Shown here piece by piece: positions 10,801 through 22,484 of a DNA stretch of 64,000 nucleotides. Made by a program: the position numbers and the translations under genes. Position 1 is the first letter of the stretch. Each line of letters begins with the position of its first letter. Source of the DNA: Trichoplax adhaerens (lineage: Eukaryota; Animalia; Placozoa); contig NW_002060945.1 of the NCBI RefSeq assembly GCF_000150275.1, forward strand, positions 4,513,397 to 4,577,396, written 5' to 3'. Under the pieces are notes generated by a model. That model searched no databases, had not been told where the DNA came from, and saw only the letters and a list, made by a program, of their open reading frames with translations.

Positions 10801-13800
10801 AGATTTATTTGATTTCATAAACCCCCTTACTTGTATTGAGTTATTATTGCTATTTACGGATATATCAGAATAGTATTCATATATGCTAATAATAGTATTG
10901 TATGATAATCGCTCACGATTCATTAAAAGTCTCATTTTTGACGAAATAATTTCATTTTTCCTCTATCAATGATTTCAAATCTGATGTATTTTCTTTCTTA
11001 ATTTATAGTGTTCGTGTTGGCGATTTAATCGTTCAAATAGACCAAAATTCACTTATAGCTGCGACTGGTAGTGATATTGGTAAAGCTTTAGCAGGACTTA
11101 ACGGCATAGTAAAGTAAGTCTATACTGACTATTATAGTCACAAAAACGATTCTGATTTGCACATAAAAATGTTACAAAATTTCCTTCTTTGCATGATCAT
11201 CAATATACCAATATATCGGATTTGATGTACTGTACCTTCACAAATTAACTATTGCATGCTTATCTTGTACAATAATGAAAGAAAAGACGAAATAAGAAAT
11301 CGTATTAGTGCTGGTTATAATGTTATCACTATGTACTTTCTCTCCCATAAAGTTACTTATGGGGGAGATAAAATGTAGGGAAATGAACAAAAATTTCATA
11401 CCTATTTGGTTCATTTTTTCTTTTAATATATAAGTCAGTTAAATAAATATATAAAATAGTTTTGAGATAAGTATAATTCTGGAAAATTAATTCATTGTCC
11501 ATTATATCTACAATAGATATATCATGTAACATTGTTAATGAAGCAAATTTTGCTCTTACTAAATTTATCAACGTTATCAACAGATTTGTTTTTGGTCGAG
11601 AAAAGCCGAAACAGAAAATTAGTGACACTTATTCTGTGGAAAAACAGACGATTAAGAATAGTCAAGAGGTTAAGCAGAATTCAAATACCGTACGCTCCGT
11701 GCCTACAAAGACAAAACCTATTCCTAATGTATCGGTACCTCCAGTTGATGAATCTTCAGATGAAGACGATGGAGACGAATCAGATAGTAGCGTTGAAGGT
11801 GCTTACCACTTTGGAAACGCTGACAGTGATGGTAGTGTAGATGGTGATAAAGAAGTTGGCAGAGTCCCACCTGTACAAATCACGGAAAATAAAAAGAATC
11901 TTAAGGCAGATCCTATCAAAGTAGCGGCATTGAAGCAAGTAAATAATACTAAACAGAATGCTACGATAGGTATCACTGCCAAGAAGGAAGAAGAGATCAA
12001 AATTAATGCACCTTTAATAAGTCAAAAAGAAAAGAATATAGAGAAGAATAACACCAGTGCAATGGTTAATACACCTAGTACGCCTGCCATTCCAATTTCC
12101 GAACAAACAGCAAAGTTAGAGCGAGTTAAATGTCTAGAAAAGGAACTGCAAGAGGTACCCTTAAATCCTATTAACCACACATATAAAACAGTGATGAAAT
12201 CCATTGCAATAGCTATTTTTAGACAAGATTAAGTAATTTGATGTTTTACGATAGACCAAAGCGATGTTGAATGTTGCTCAAGATAAAGTTACCAAAAATA
12301 CCACGAATGTTGAACAAATCAAATCACTAGAAAAAGAATTACAAGAGGTTAAATATGTTCTCATTATTTGCTATTACAATTTAAAAGTTATGTTTATTTA
12401 GCTGATCGTATTGTATGCTTACAAAAAAATGAAATATTGATATTCTCATCCAATAGACTAAAACGACATTGGATATTACTGAAAGCAAATTAACAGCTAC
12501 TACTAATAAGGTCAGGACAGAATTAATGAACTTTACTCGATTGTAGCTCGTTCAAAGGCATTGTAGTATATTGCGGAAAGAAATTTAAGAGCGATTAATA
12601 CATACAAAAATGATACATATCTAAAATTATCTTAATGCTGTACTTTTAGCAATTGATTAACGTTTGATTTTCATGTCATCACTTAACAGATCGCTGAATT
12701 TGAAAAATCGAGTAATCAAGTCCTAGCATTAGAAAAAAAATTATTAGAAGACCAAATAGATAGATGGAAAAATCGCGCAGAAACTGCTGAAAAACGCTTG
12801 TCTGTAGTTGAAATCCAATGTGATAATTTAAGATCTGACCTTCTCGAAACAAAACGACAAAGTACCTTACTGATGGAGCAATTCTCCTTATTGAAAGAGC
12901 AAGTCTTCAATACTAATAAGTGAGCTTAAATCTTCCAATTTTCGGGCGCTTTTATAAACGTTAAGCACTAGTGCCAACTCATTATTTGCAATGATTATTT
13001 TATTCATCAAGATATGATCCGAAAGATAAAGAATCAATACCTGATGATAGTGACGTTAGTCCTATTTAAGCAACATTTATAGTATTAAAAGCCGTACATT
13101 ATTTGATCTTATAGCGTGATATTGTAATACTTTAACATTTCAACAGGAGAGTTCAGCAAATGGTTCTTCAGAAGAGAATTCTATAGGTCCACCAAAGCCT
13201 CCTCGAGGTAAACGTGCTGCTCCTCCAATACCGGTTTCGTCACTTGATAAGGATGATCCCGATGAAGGTTTGTATCTTGAAATAGCTTTTCGTTATTCGT
13301 AAATAATCTGTTAGTCAAATTAATTCAAATCCTTCACCTTCTAAAAACCCATAAAATTGAAGCAATCGATTCTGAATCAGAGTTGGCAGTAAATTCATCT
13401 GAAGAGCAACCTAACAATGTACCGGTATCCGCGCGTGCAAATCAAATTCAGGTTACTTTGACGGTTTAAACAAAACTGCATTCTCTTTTTTTCAGGATTA
13501 GTACAACACTTCTTAATTAATTATCTTTCAACTTCATTTTAGCAGCCAAGTTCTAGCACCGATTCATTTCAACACTATAGCAAGTCTCATCCCGATATGT
13601 TTGTAGAAAAGAAAAAGAATATTTTTCATAAACTTAAGTTTGGTCGTAAATCCAAGAAAACATACAACTTTGACGGAGGTAAAATGTAGTTTTGATCTTA
13701 AATGATCAAGTTAAGCTAATATTATAAGTAGCTGATTAATTACAAAGAAACTGTCGTAAAGCTTTATACTAGGTTTTAATGTTGTTTATAATTTGACGGA

Positions 13801-13919
13801 AATGATTTCTTTCTTTACAATAACTTATAGCTAATAGCGAGGTTGCTTATGTTAATGAAGATGCCCCAACGGTTGCTGTCGGGGAGATAACTGTGAGAAG
13901 AAGTAGAGATGACCTTTAG
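7813..13919 (+). CDS. PPP1R9: Neurabin/spinophilin-like PP1 regulatory scaffold (PP1-binding region, PDZ, coiled coil)
   Basis: Exons 7813-9376, 9960-10083, 11009-11113, 11584-12154, 12255-12347, 12457-12510, 12690-12919, 13012-13054, 13147-13267, 13363-13451, 13543-13678, 13831-13919. VKFSNDQPQINFTHSADDYER..EIEKSLRNMDLVPVELAK resembles spinophilin [40 protein letters not shown]. The PDZ domain ends in FVFGREKP (neurabin FVIGREKP) and a coiled coil follows. Confidence 0.88.
10243..10322. mobile_element. 80-bp MITE-like element with 18-bp terminal inverted repeats (PIF/Harbinger-like ends)
   Basis: AGGGACCGCTCAAGAAAT (10243-10260) and ATTTCTTGAGAGGTCCCT (10305-10322) are reverse complements at 17/18 positions; located in a neurabin intron. 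Confidence 0.6.
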
Positions 13920-15071
13920 ATTTTCTTCCTATCATGTACTTGCGTTGGCCATACGCTCAAGAATCGTTTATTTATACGATATAAGTTTTGAACCTAATCT
14001 TTCAAGACTGTGAAGAAAACATTTTATGACAATATTGAACTTTGTTTACTTTTTACTGAAACTAATGTTTGCGTTTTATGAACATGGTAGACAGTCAGCG
14101 ATTGGCAGGATGGCAAAATTTATACCGTATAAACATTATTTAAATTAAATGTACGCATGATTCAAGGTTTTAGTTATAATTATGTAATGCTTATGTTGAG
14201 TAACCACCGAAATCTTTTTGCTGATACTATAAACACAGTACTACGCTATTATTATAAGAGAATTTCGGTTGTTTGATTGGAAATATGAAATATTTTTACC
14301 TATTGATATATACACTATGATATGATATTATATAGCTAAAGCTGTTTTCTTTAATAACTACGTTAACGCGTATAAATTGGACGACTGAAATTGCAAATTG
14401 ATACTGTACAAGGTTGCGCAGTACGGCCTTTTTTGATATATTGTTGATTTGTATTACAGCTTTTGTACATTTATTCTAAATTTCAATTAAAATATTATTT
14501 CTGGTAATTATCAGAATAATTAACGAATGAGACGTTATACGTATTAAATGAAAAATTTTCTATTTCTACTTTGTTGTATTAGCTTAAGATTGAAATTCAT
14601 GTACGAATGTTATATTTGGTATTTGCTCAAACATCAACAGTATAGCCAAAATTTATTAAGAATTTTCAATCGTATGTTACATAAATGGTTGTAATTATCC
14701 TGTAAGAATACTGGGAGTGATAAAAATTCTTGTAAGCGAAACGCATACAGCGAGCATTTTTTATTTCTGTTACGTAAAACAGCTACTTTAATTTTGATGG
14801 TAAACATGGATAGGTGAAAAATGCTTTAAACCTTAGCAATATTTAATAAAGAGATTGCCGTGAATTTATATTGCTAACAAATAAACGCAGTTCATTGATA
14901 ATTATAGTAATACAACATCTTTATGTACTGTATGTCGTTTTCAGTATCAAAAATGTTTAAGCAATTAGTAATTAATTTTTGAATACGCGTAAAGAGATTA
15001 AATAATGCATTATTAAATCAATATTAAATCATCCTGTAGTTTACGCGTATATCTTAGTAGTCCCAGAAAAG

Positions 15072-18000
15072 TCAAATTTTCATTTCTATTCTGTTTTTCC
15101 ATAATTAGTAGATTTGAAAGCTACTAAATGAGCCAGGAAGGATAAATCTTCACCTTGAATAAACCGAATTTGAACAGTTTTATAAAAATTTTAGTAAATT
15201 CTTTACAAAAAAGGGAATAGAACCGCACTACGCTAATTAGTTTTATATACCAACCTGTGTGAGAAACTGATAAATTAACCCAATCGCGAAGCCAATTACG
15301 CATTTCATCATCTGTTAAATTCGCTGCATTTAGGCCTCTATCAAAACATGCCTAGAGCATTTCGTTGCGACAAAAACAACATCATTACATACAGTCGATG
15401 AGAAGTTAAGCGTTCTTGCTATAAAATGCTATAAACTGATTTACTGTGTGTACTCCAAATAGTAAATGTTAATTGCATCTACTATACTACAACATCGTCT
15501 AAGGTAAGAGTGAATTGTACTGAACATGAATAGTACGGCAACATCCAAGTGAAAAAAATTGTTATGTATGAGTATAACAAAGTGTAGAAACCTTTTCCAG
15601 TTCTTTATGTGAAAGATCGGTAACGTTCTCTCTAGATAAGGCTTGATCATCCAATTTAATTTCTTTTAGTAAACCCTTTAAGCGCCAGGCAAGAAGCCCA
15701 GTAGGTAAATATTGTAAAAGGAACCAGGATTGGCTCAATACCGACTAGAATATAGAAAGTTCAATTATAAAAGCAGAAAATTAATATGGGATAAAAATTT
15801 GATTTCAGTAATTGACGCAATCCATTTTTATCCTTTCAAAAATGATAGGTTAAGCACACAGCCTACAGAGAACTGCTAACGTACTAAATGTTTATAAGGT
15901 AGCTTGGAAAGGCTTAATGATGAATCTTTGAATGACTGAGCTATCTCTTCGATTTCTTCATTTGTCGGATCATGTTTTTCTAAGATCTTGTTGAGATTAC
16001 AGATAGATTAGACATTAAACATACAAAGATAACAATGAATATACAGAAAAATATAACCACTTAGCCAATTATGATAATACCTACAGCCATTCAAGACCTT
16101 TATTTGATAAGAATTGACAATGGTAATTTACCTTTTTGCAGATGGTAGTCAAACGATTAGAACTGATCTTTTCTCCAATTTCTGATAGATTTTCTAAAGT
16201 TTCTGGATAGCCTTTACGTCTGGACTTTATATCCAATTGAGGAAAGTCGACTCTCTGCCTTTCATTGTAGAATTGCGGCGATAGAGCAAGCCTGGGACTT
16301 ATAATGCTAGAGAATCGTTGAAAATATCATCAGACATGACGCACTGCATGCTGGGCTTTATAGATGGATTAGTTCCATTAAGTAAGAGCTAATTACAAGT
16401 TGTAATGATTTACAACTTTAGTAGAAAGTAGATATACTGTAAGTACTGTACATACCGAAAGAAGGCGATAATACTAATTTCTATCAGATATTTCTACTAA
16501 CATGAATAATGGTGCAAGGTAAGCTCCACTTGCAGGTAACATAAAGATAAATACTAGTGGGAAGGCTTTGCGAAGATCTCGGCTAGTCTGAAAATTAAAA
16601 TTAATACAATTCATGCGTATTCCTTCTAGAATTACGGGTACTGTATATCAGTTCATTTATCTATCGATTACAATGACATGATGCCACCATACTGCAGTAC
16701 ATAAATAATAACTCTTAGTCGAATTTAAAAAAGCTGACTAGTAATTTCAGCAAGCAATATTAAATAACGTAAGGCCATTTCTAATACAAATAAGCGCCTA
16801 TAATTATTGGTTAACATTTAAATGAAAAATAATTACGATTTTTCTTCTAAGAAATTATGGAAAGCTTCTGTAGAGTGAAAATATTGTATAGCTATTAAAT
16901 GAAACTGCATATTCAAAATCTGTTTGCTTGATTTCGTAATTATACTCGTAAATATGATTGACCTATTGTAAAATAAATCGATGTATGAAACTATGATTTA
17001 AGTATAAATTTGCCTACTGTCAATTTTTCAGCGTATAACGCACGAAATAATTATGAGCAAAAGTACGAAAATGGCTTTGAAATATGATAACTATCCTAAT
17101 AAGTTAAAAGTATATCATAAGTTATCATAAGTTATAAATTGACCCCTTCAGCAATAAGTAATATTTTAGCAGTATACTTATCTTTATCAATTACTGCATA
17201 ATATCTACTTCATCTGTTAATTGGCTAATTAAATAACTGAGTTTTACAGCTGTACAATATCAGCTCACTGTTGCATGTTTCGAAATTCGAAGGCTGCTGA
17301 CTAATTATTATTGCACAGGCTATAAATAATTGTTGCATTCAAGTATATGTAGTGTTTTGAATTGCAGACTACATACGAGTATGCACGTACTGTATATTAG
17401 GCGCAATGCTATCAACAGGAAATATTTATTTTTCATTTAACTTACACCTCTGAGTCAAATTTTTGTCTATAACGATGATGTTTAACATTTGATTATAGAA
17501 TGATATAGGCTCATCATTGATTGATTATAACGCCTTTGTACAATAATGACAAAAAGAGGATAGTGTAATTCTAGTTGTTAAGTAATTCAATGTTGGAATG
17601 CTGAAGAAAGTATGTCTTCATTTTATAAGGTCTACTCTACAACGTTGTAGAATATGGATCGGTTACTAAGCTATATAATTGGTATTCGATTCTTTAGATA
17701 AAAACTCATGTAGTAACGTCCACATGATTGATTCACAATCGGTTCATCAAGACATTCAAAATGCAAATACTGAAAATAATTTAAGCAAATGGTGTGGACA
17801 CATTGCTTTGAGCCTACCTGTACGATTTTGTAATACTCAGCTCTCGTCAATTTGGTATAATCATAGTTATTGGCTTTTAATTTCTTCTTATTAGCTCTGG
17901 AAGCTTTATAATCATACCACAATTCTTTACAGCCTGGTATTAAAACGTCTTTCACCATCGACTTGGCAGCACCAAAAAAACCTTTCTTTTTAGGTTCTGT

Positions 18001-18285
18001 CGGCTTATTCGTATCAGTTGGTTTTTCTTGACTAGCAGGTTTGCTTTCTGTGCTGTAATATTGTCTAGGCAAGGTTACAGCCAGAATTGGACTAGCATCC
18101 AAGAAGAATGCATTGGTGTTAGGACTGTGAATGGGTTTTGTCTTGGTATTTAGTCCAATAACAGTTAGAAAGCGTACTTGATTGATCTCTCCAATGTGCG
18201 ATGTACATTGATAGGCTTGAGTTAAAGCAGCAGTTGACGGCAATCTTTGTGACTTTGCAATGTTTAAAATACGAAAAGCGCTCAT
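15072..18285 (-). CDS. LETMD1: LETM1 domain-containing protein 1 (mitochondrial)
   Basis: Exons 18285-17818, 16587-16502, 16306-16132, 15986-15885, 15744-15592, 15351-15255, 15153-15072. Basic presequence-like N terminus, LTRAEYYKIVQTSRDLRKAFPLVFIFMLP, SPRLALSPQFYNERQRVDF, IKLDDQALSRE and ACFDRGLNAANL..WLRDWVNLS..DLSFLAHLVAFKSTNY match the LETMD1 pattern. Confidence 0.9.
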
Positions 18286-18927
18286 TTTGCAACTTGTAGT
18301 AGGGCTATATCAAGAATAATGTAGTCTATTATAATTAAAACCTGACTTTGAAAGTGGTTCGAAGCAAGTGAAATCTGCAAGGACGTATATAATGTATACG
18401 AAGGAGAAAAAATTTGACAACTTTCGATTGCAACTGGTACTGTCGATTCAATGACGATTATATTTTAATCTTCAAGGTATCAATGGTAGAAAAGCTGGAT
18501 AGAAGTAATGAGCGGTTAAATTCTAAAGGTGAATATCAAAGTATGCTATCGATTGCTGTATAAATCTTTCAACGTTCAAATTCGTACTTTGAGCTTTAAG
18601 TTGGCCTTCATTGTTTACATTGACCACATTGATTAAGGCATTGATTGGTTAGAACTTGTAGCAAGCGACAGAAGAGCTCGAAATGATTTTGCATACCGCA
18701 GAGACGCTACGTTGTTGTTTTTATAATCCTTTTTAAGCATAATAATATGTATGCATTGTAACTATACATACATGCAGCTTCAAATTTGCTACAGCAGTGC
18801 TCTCTTTTTAGATTTATAGCTTATATATTGTACATTATTAGAGACCCTTCAAGAGTCTCTACTGGACATCAATCCATCATTTCGCTGGATAGACAAATCT
18901 ATCCAAGTGGCGAGAGTCCAAGTGTTC

Positions 18928-19700
18928 AAGGTCACGCCATCCGAACATCCATATACACTCAGGTCTAGACCCAATCATGAAGATCTTTTTACACAGTGTA
19001 CAGTACAGTACAGTACAGTACAGTACAGTACAGTGTGAACCAGTTCGAATCAGAGTACTTTAAGGTATCCTAAAATCACGAGTGTGAATCAAAATGTAAT
19101 AAGAATTATACGAATATAAAGCTGAATAACTTAGTGACGAGAGTCGAACTGTGAAAGGCCACGCCATCCGAACGTCCATATGCAGTAAGACCCAACCATG
19201 AAGATCTTTGTACACAGTGTACAGTACTAACACTCTGACAGTACAGTACCGTACTGTGCACTGTAGCGTTTTAGACAGTAACTGTACTGTACTGTACAGT
19301 ACAGTATCACGAATCTGCGATAGAATGGGACGAAATGATCGAATGAGTTGAACTGTGAAAGGTCACGCCATCCGAACATCCATATGGGACCCAAACATGA
19401 AGATCTTTATACAGTACACAGTGTACAGTACTGTGCTACTGTACTGTACTGTACACTGTAGCATTTTGGACAGAAACTGTATCACACGACTCTGCGATAC
19501 GCAGACGAAATGATCAAATCAGTTGAAGGTGAAAGGTCACGCCATCCGAACATCCATATAGGACCGTGAGTACACTCAGTACAGTACTGTAGGACTCTGC
19601 TACAGTGTATAGTACTGTGTTACTGTACTGTACTGTACACTGTAGCATTTGGGACAGGAACTGTATCACGACTCTGAGATAGAATGGGACGAAATGATCA
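18928..19700. repeat. Four-copy tandem repeat (about 175-230 bp units) with conserved core AAGGTCACGCCATCCGAACATCCATAT and embedded CAGTA/TACTG microsatellite
   Basis: Core copies begin at about 18928, 19155, 19359 and 19533. Shared sub-motifs CATGAAGATCTTT and GATAGAATGGGACGAAATGATC recur. Confidence 0.9.
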
Positions 19701-20090
19701 ATGGCAAAAGACGATAGAACCCGAATGGGATGGAAGGAGAAATAGCACACACTACTGTAGGTAATGTAGCTGTGTGCTGGTAGAGTCAGCTGGGCGAGTA
19801 AAAATAAACTGTCATCCGTTGTCCTCTGTGCTAGGAATATCTTTCTGTCCATGAGTAAAGAAGAAAAGGTCAAAAATGAACTGTCATTCCTTTTCATCTG
19901 TGCTTGGAAAAGAGCTCTCTGTCGGTTGGTAGAGAAGAGCAACAATGGCAATAACCTACTTTGCACGCTAGTGATTTAAGTACGTTTCATTTAAAAGTTC
20001 TTGCTTGCAAGGGATAATTTTTCCTCTTCACTTCTGACAGTACGCGTACTGTCCTATCACTACATATCATTGCACAGTCTGCACTATACC

Positions 20091-20134
20091 ATGGACTACG
20101 AAATTAATCTTGCGAGATTCATTTCGTAGTCCAT
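20091..20134. repeat. 44-bp palindrome/hairpin with 14-bp perfect arms
   Basis: ATGGACTACGAAAT-T-AATCT-TGCG-AGATT-C-ATTTCGTAGTCCAT. Confidence 0.85.
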
Positions 20135-21030
20135 AGCCTGCCTGTACATCATGGAGAGAGAGCCTACAATACAATATATATTGTTCTCAGGCGGATGGAC
20201 GGGCGGATAAAATGCACCTGTCACTTCTTCCATCCAGTTTTCGACTACTTTTTCATGGATAGGAGGGCCGCAATCGCAAGATTGAAATAATTATAATTGT
20301 TGAAATTATTCTACTATATGATTTATACTATACTAGTGAATCGAGCATTATACTATCTGTACTCTTTATCGAGTCACCAATCCACTCTTGGCAATAAGGA
20401 TCGACTCAATAGTAGACGAATGGGTGGTATTGTATAGCTTTCGGCAGCTCAATCAATACCTGTATTTCTCCAGTATTTGATAATCCTTTTATAGCCTTTT
20501 CGTGGCCATTGATCTGACTATCCTCTTGCCATCATAACAAATAATATCCATTTCCACTTACTTGCTTCTTCTCTTGGCCCTACTATTAGCTATAAGCACA
20601 TCGATGTTATTATGATGATCGAGTAGACGAAGAAAGACTACTGTACATATTGATCGGTTGAATAACATTTCCAGTCAAGAATCGAAAATTAATGACTACT
20701 ATTATTATTGTTATTATTATGGATGAGTGAAATTCCTTTTTCCATCTTATCAATCCTTTTCATTTCTTCAAATTGCATCATTCCACTGCTGTTCATCGTA
20801 ATCGAGTTTCCTTCCATTGCTTGGGAGAAATAATCATCTTATCCACTCTTCAATCCGTATACTATTGATTGTATTCAATATTCCAGTAGGCACTTGGATT
20901 AGCCAATCATCAAAATTGCCGACAGTTATTGATCGAGGCATCAAAATTACTGCCTAATTTTATCTTTATTGCAGTTCAATTTAGCAATCGCTTGGCATAT
21001 TTAAAGTATTGATTATTATTCTAAAAAAAT

Positions 21031-21648
21031 TATCAACAAGAAAATTGACAAATATAAAGTAAAAAGAAGCACTAGATAGGGATATTGTAGTTTACTTGTT
21101 ACCTTGCTATTCAGTGTCAACAACTGGCGTGACTGTTGTTAGCCAATTTTGGGGGACGATCCATTATATATTATTATCATTCTACTCATTTAATAGGAAT
21201 ATTCATTTGGCGATGTAAATCCGTTATAAAGAAAAAAAATTATCGACAAGAAAATTGACAAATATTCAGTAAAACTAGATAGCTCCTCCATAGGAATATT
21301 GCAGTTGACTTGTTACCTTGCTAGTCAGTGTCAACAACTGGCGTAACTGTTGTCAGTCAATTTTGGCGACGATACATTTTATTCGTATGATATCAAATAG
21401 GAATATTCATTTGGTGATGTAAATCCGTTATAAAACAATTTATCGACAAGAAAATTGACAATTAATAAGTAAAAAGAAGCACTAAGTAGCTCCTGTATTG
21501 GAATATTTCAGTTGACTTGATACCTTGCTTGTCAGTGTCAACAACTGGCGTAACTGTTATCGCTTCATTTTTTGGACGATAGCTTGATTATATACTATCA
21601 TTCTACTCATTAAATAGGAATGTTCATTGGGTGATGTAAATCCGTTAT
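21031..21648. repeat. Three-copy tandem repeat of about 200-210 bp
   Basis: Units start TATC(A/G)ACAAGAAAATTGACAA at 21031, 21241 and 21441. Each contains TCAGTGTCAACAACTGGCGT and AGGAAT(A/G)TTCATT(T/G)GG(C/T)GATGTAAATCCGTTATA. Confidence 0.92.
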
Positions 21649-22484
21649 ACATTAATCGAACACTTATACAGTTTCTTGTTGTAAGTTTATTGTGCCGCGC
21701 TTGAGTTAACATCGATCGATTTCTATTCGACTCAACAAAAACATCGTGGATAATCGCTTCAAATTGGTAAAAACTACACTCATCGATTGATGAAGTTCAA
21801 ATTATAATCCATCATTATTCTATTGGCATAATTTCCCTTTTCACATCAAGCATTGGATAAGTTTGAAGTCAGTAAACCAATATCGTAGACACAAAGTTAG
21901 AAAAATAGCAACGTCTACGTCTAACCATTTTGGATATTATTTACAATTCAATCGATATCAACCATTTTTCCCCCTTGCCTATTCTAATGGTAATTGTATT
22001 GAAACAAGAAGGACAACAGTGATAGAAAATGCTTTCAAAAATTTGAGACAATAATATTCTTTATTATTTCATCAGATTCTACTATCAATACTATACACTT
22101 GGACAAGGACAGAAGAGTATTGATTATATTGGCTAAACCTCGGTACAAAGTATAGACAGCAATAGTAGCAATTATAGTACCGACTACGCAGTGATACTGT
22201 AGTAAAAAAGCGATTGTCAATCCTTTCTTGCATTTTCATCAATACGACAGCTACGAGAACACCAGTCCAATCAAGACTGTAGACTGATTCAACAATCATC
22301 CCCTTATCCAACTCTCCAACTGGTGTCCAACACTGTAGATTGAAAAGTAAACTGCAAACAATTTGGACAATAGATTTTGGACTCCCAACCGCCATCGTCT
22401 AACGTCTATATTTAAAAGATCTCATATAATCGGATAGCTATTCCATTCAAGAATAAATAGGACTGCATAATAAAATAATATAAA

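Noticed and set aside
18928-19700. CRISPR-like repeat-spacer appearance
   Set aside because: Eukaryotic context, spacers of 150-200 bp that are homologous to each other, and no cas genes; it is a tandem repeat.
19514-19966. 150-aa minus-strand ORF
   Set aside because: Non-ATG start, runs through tandem repeat and microsatellite sequence, no recognisable domain.
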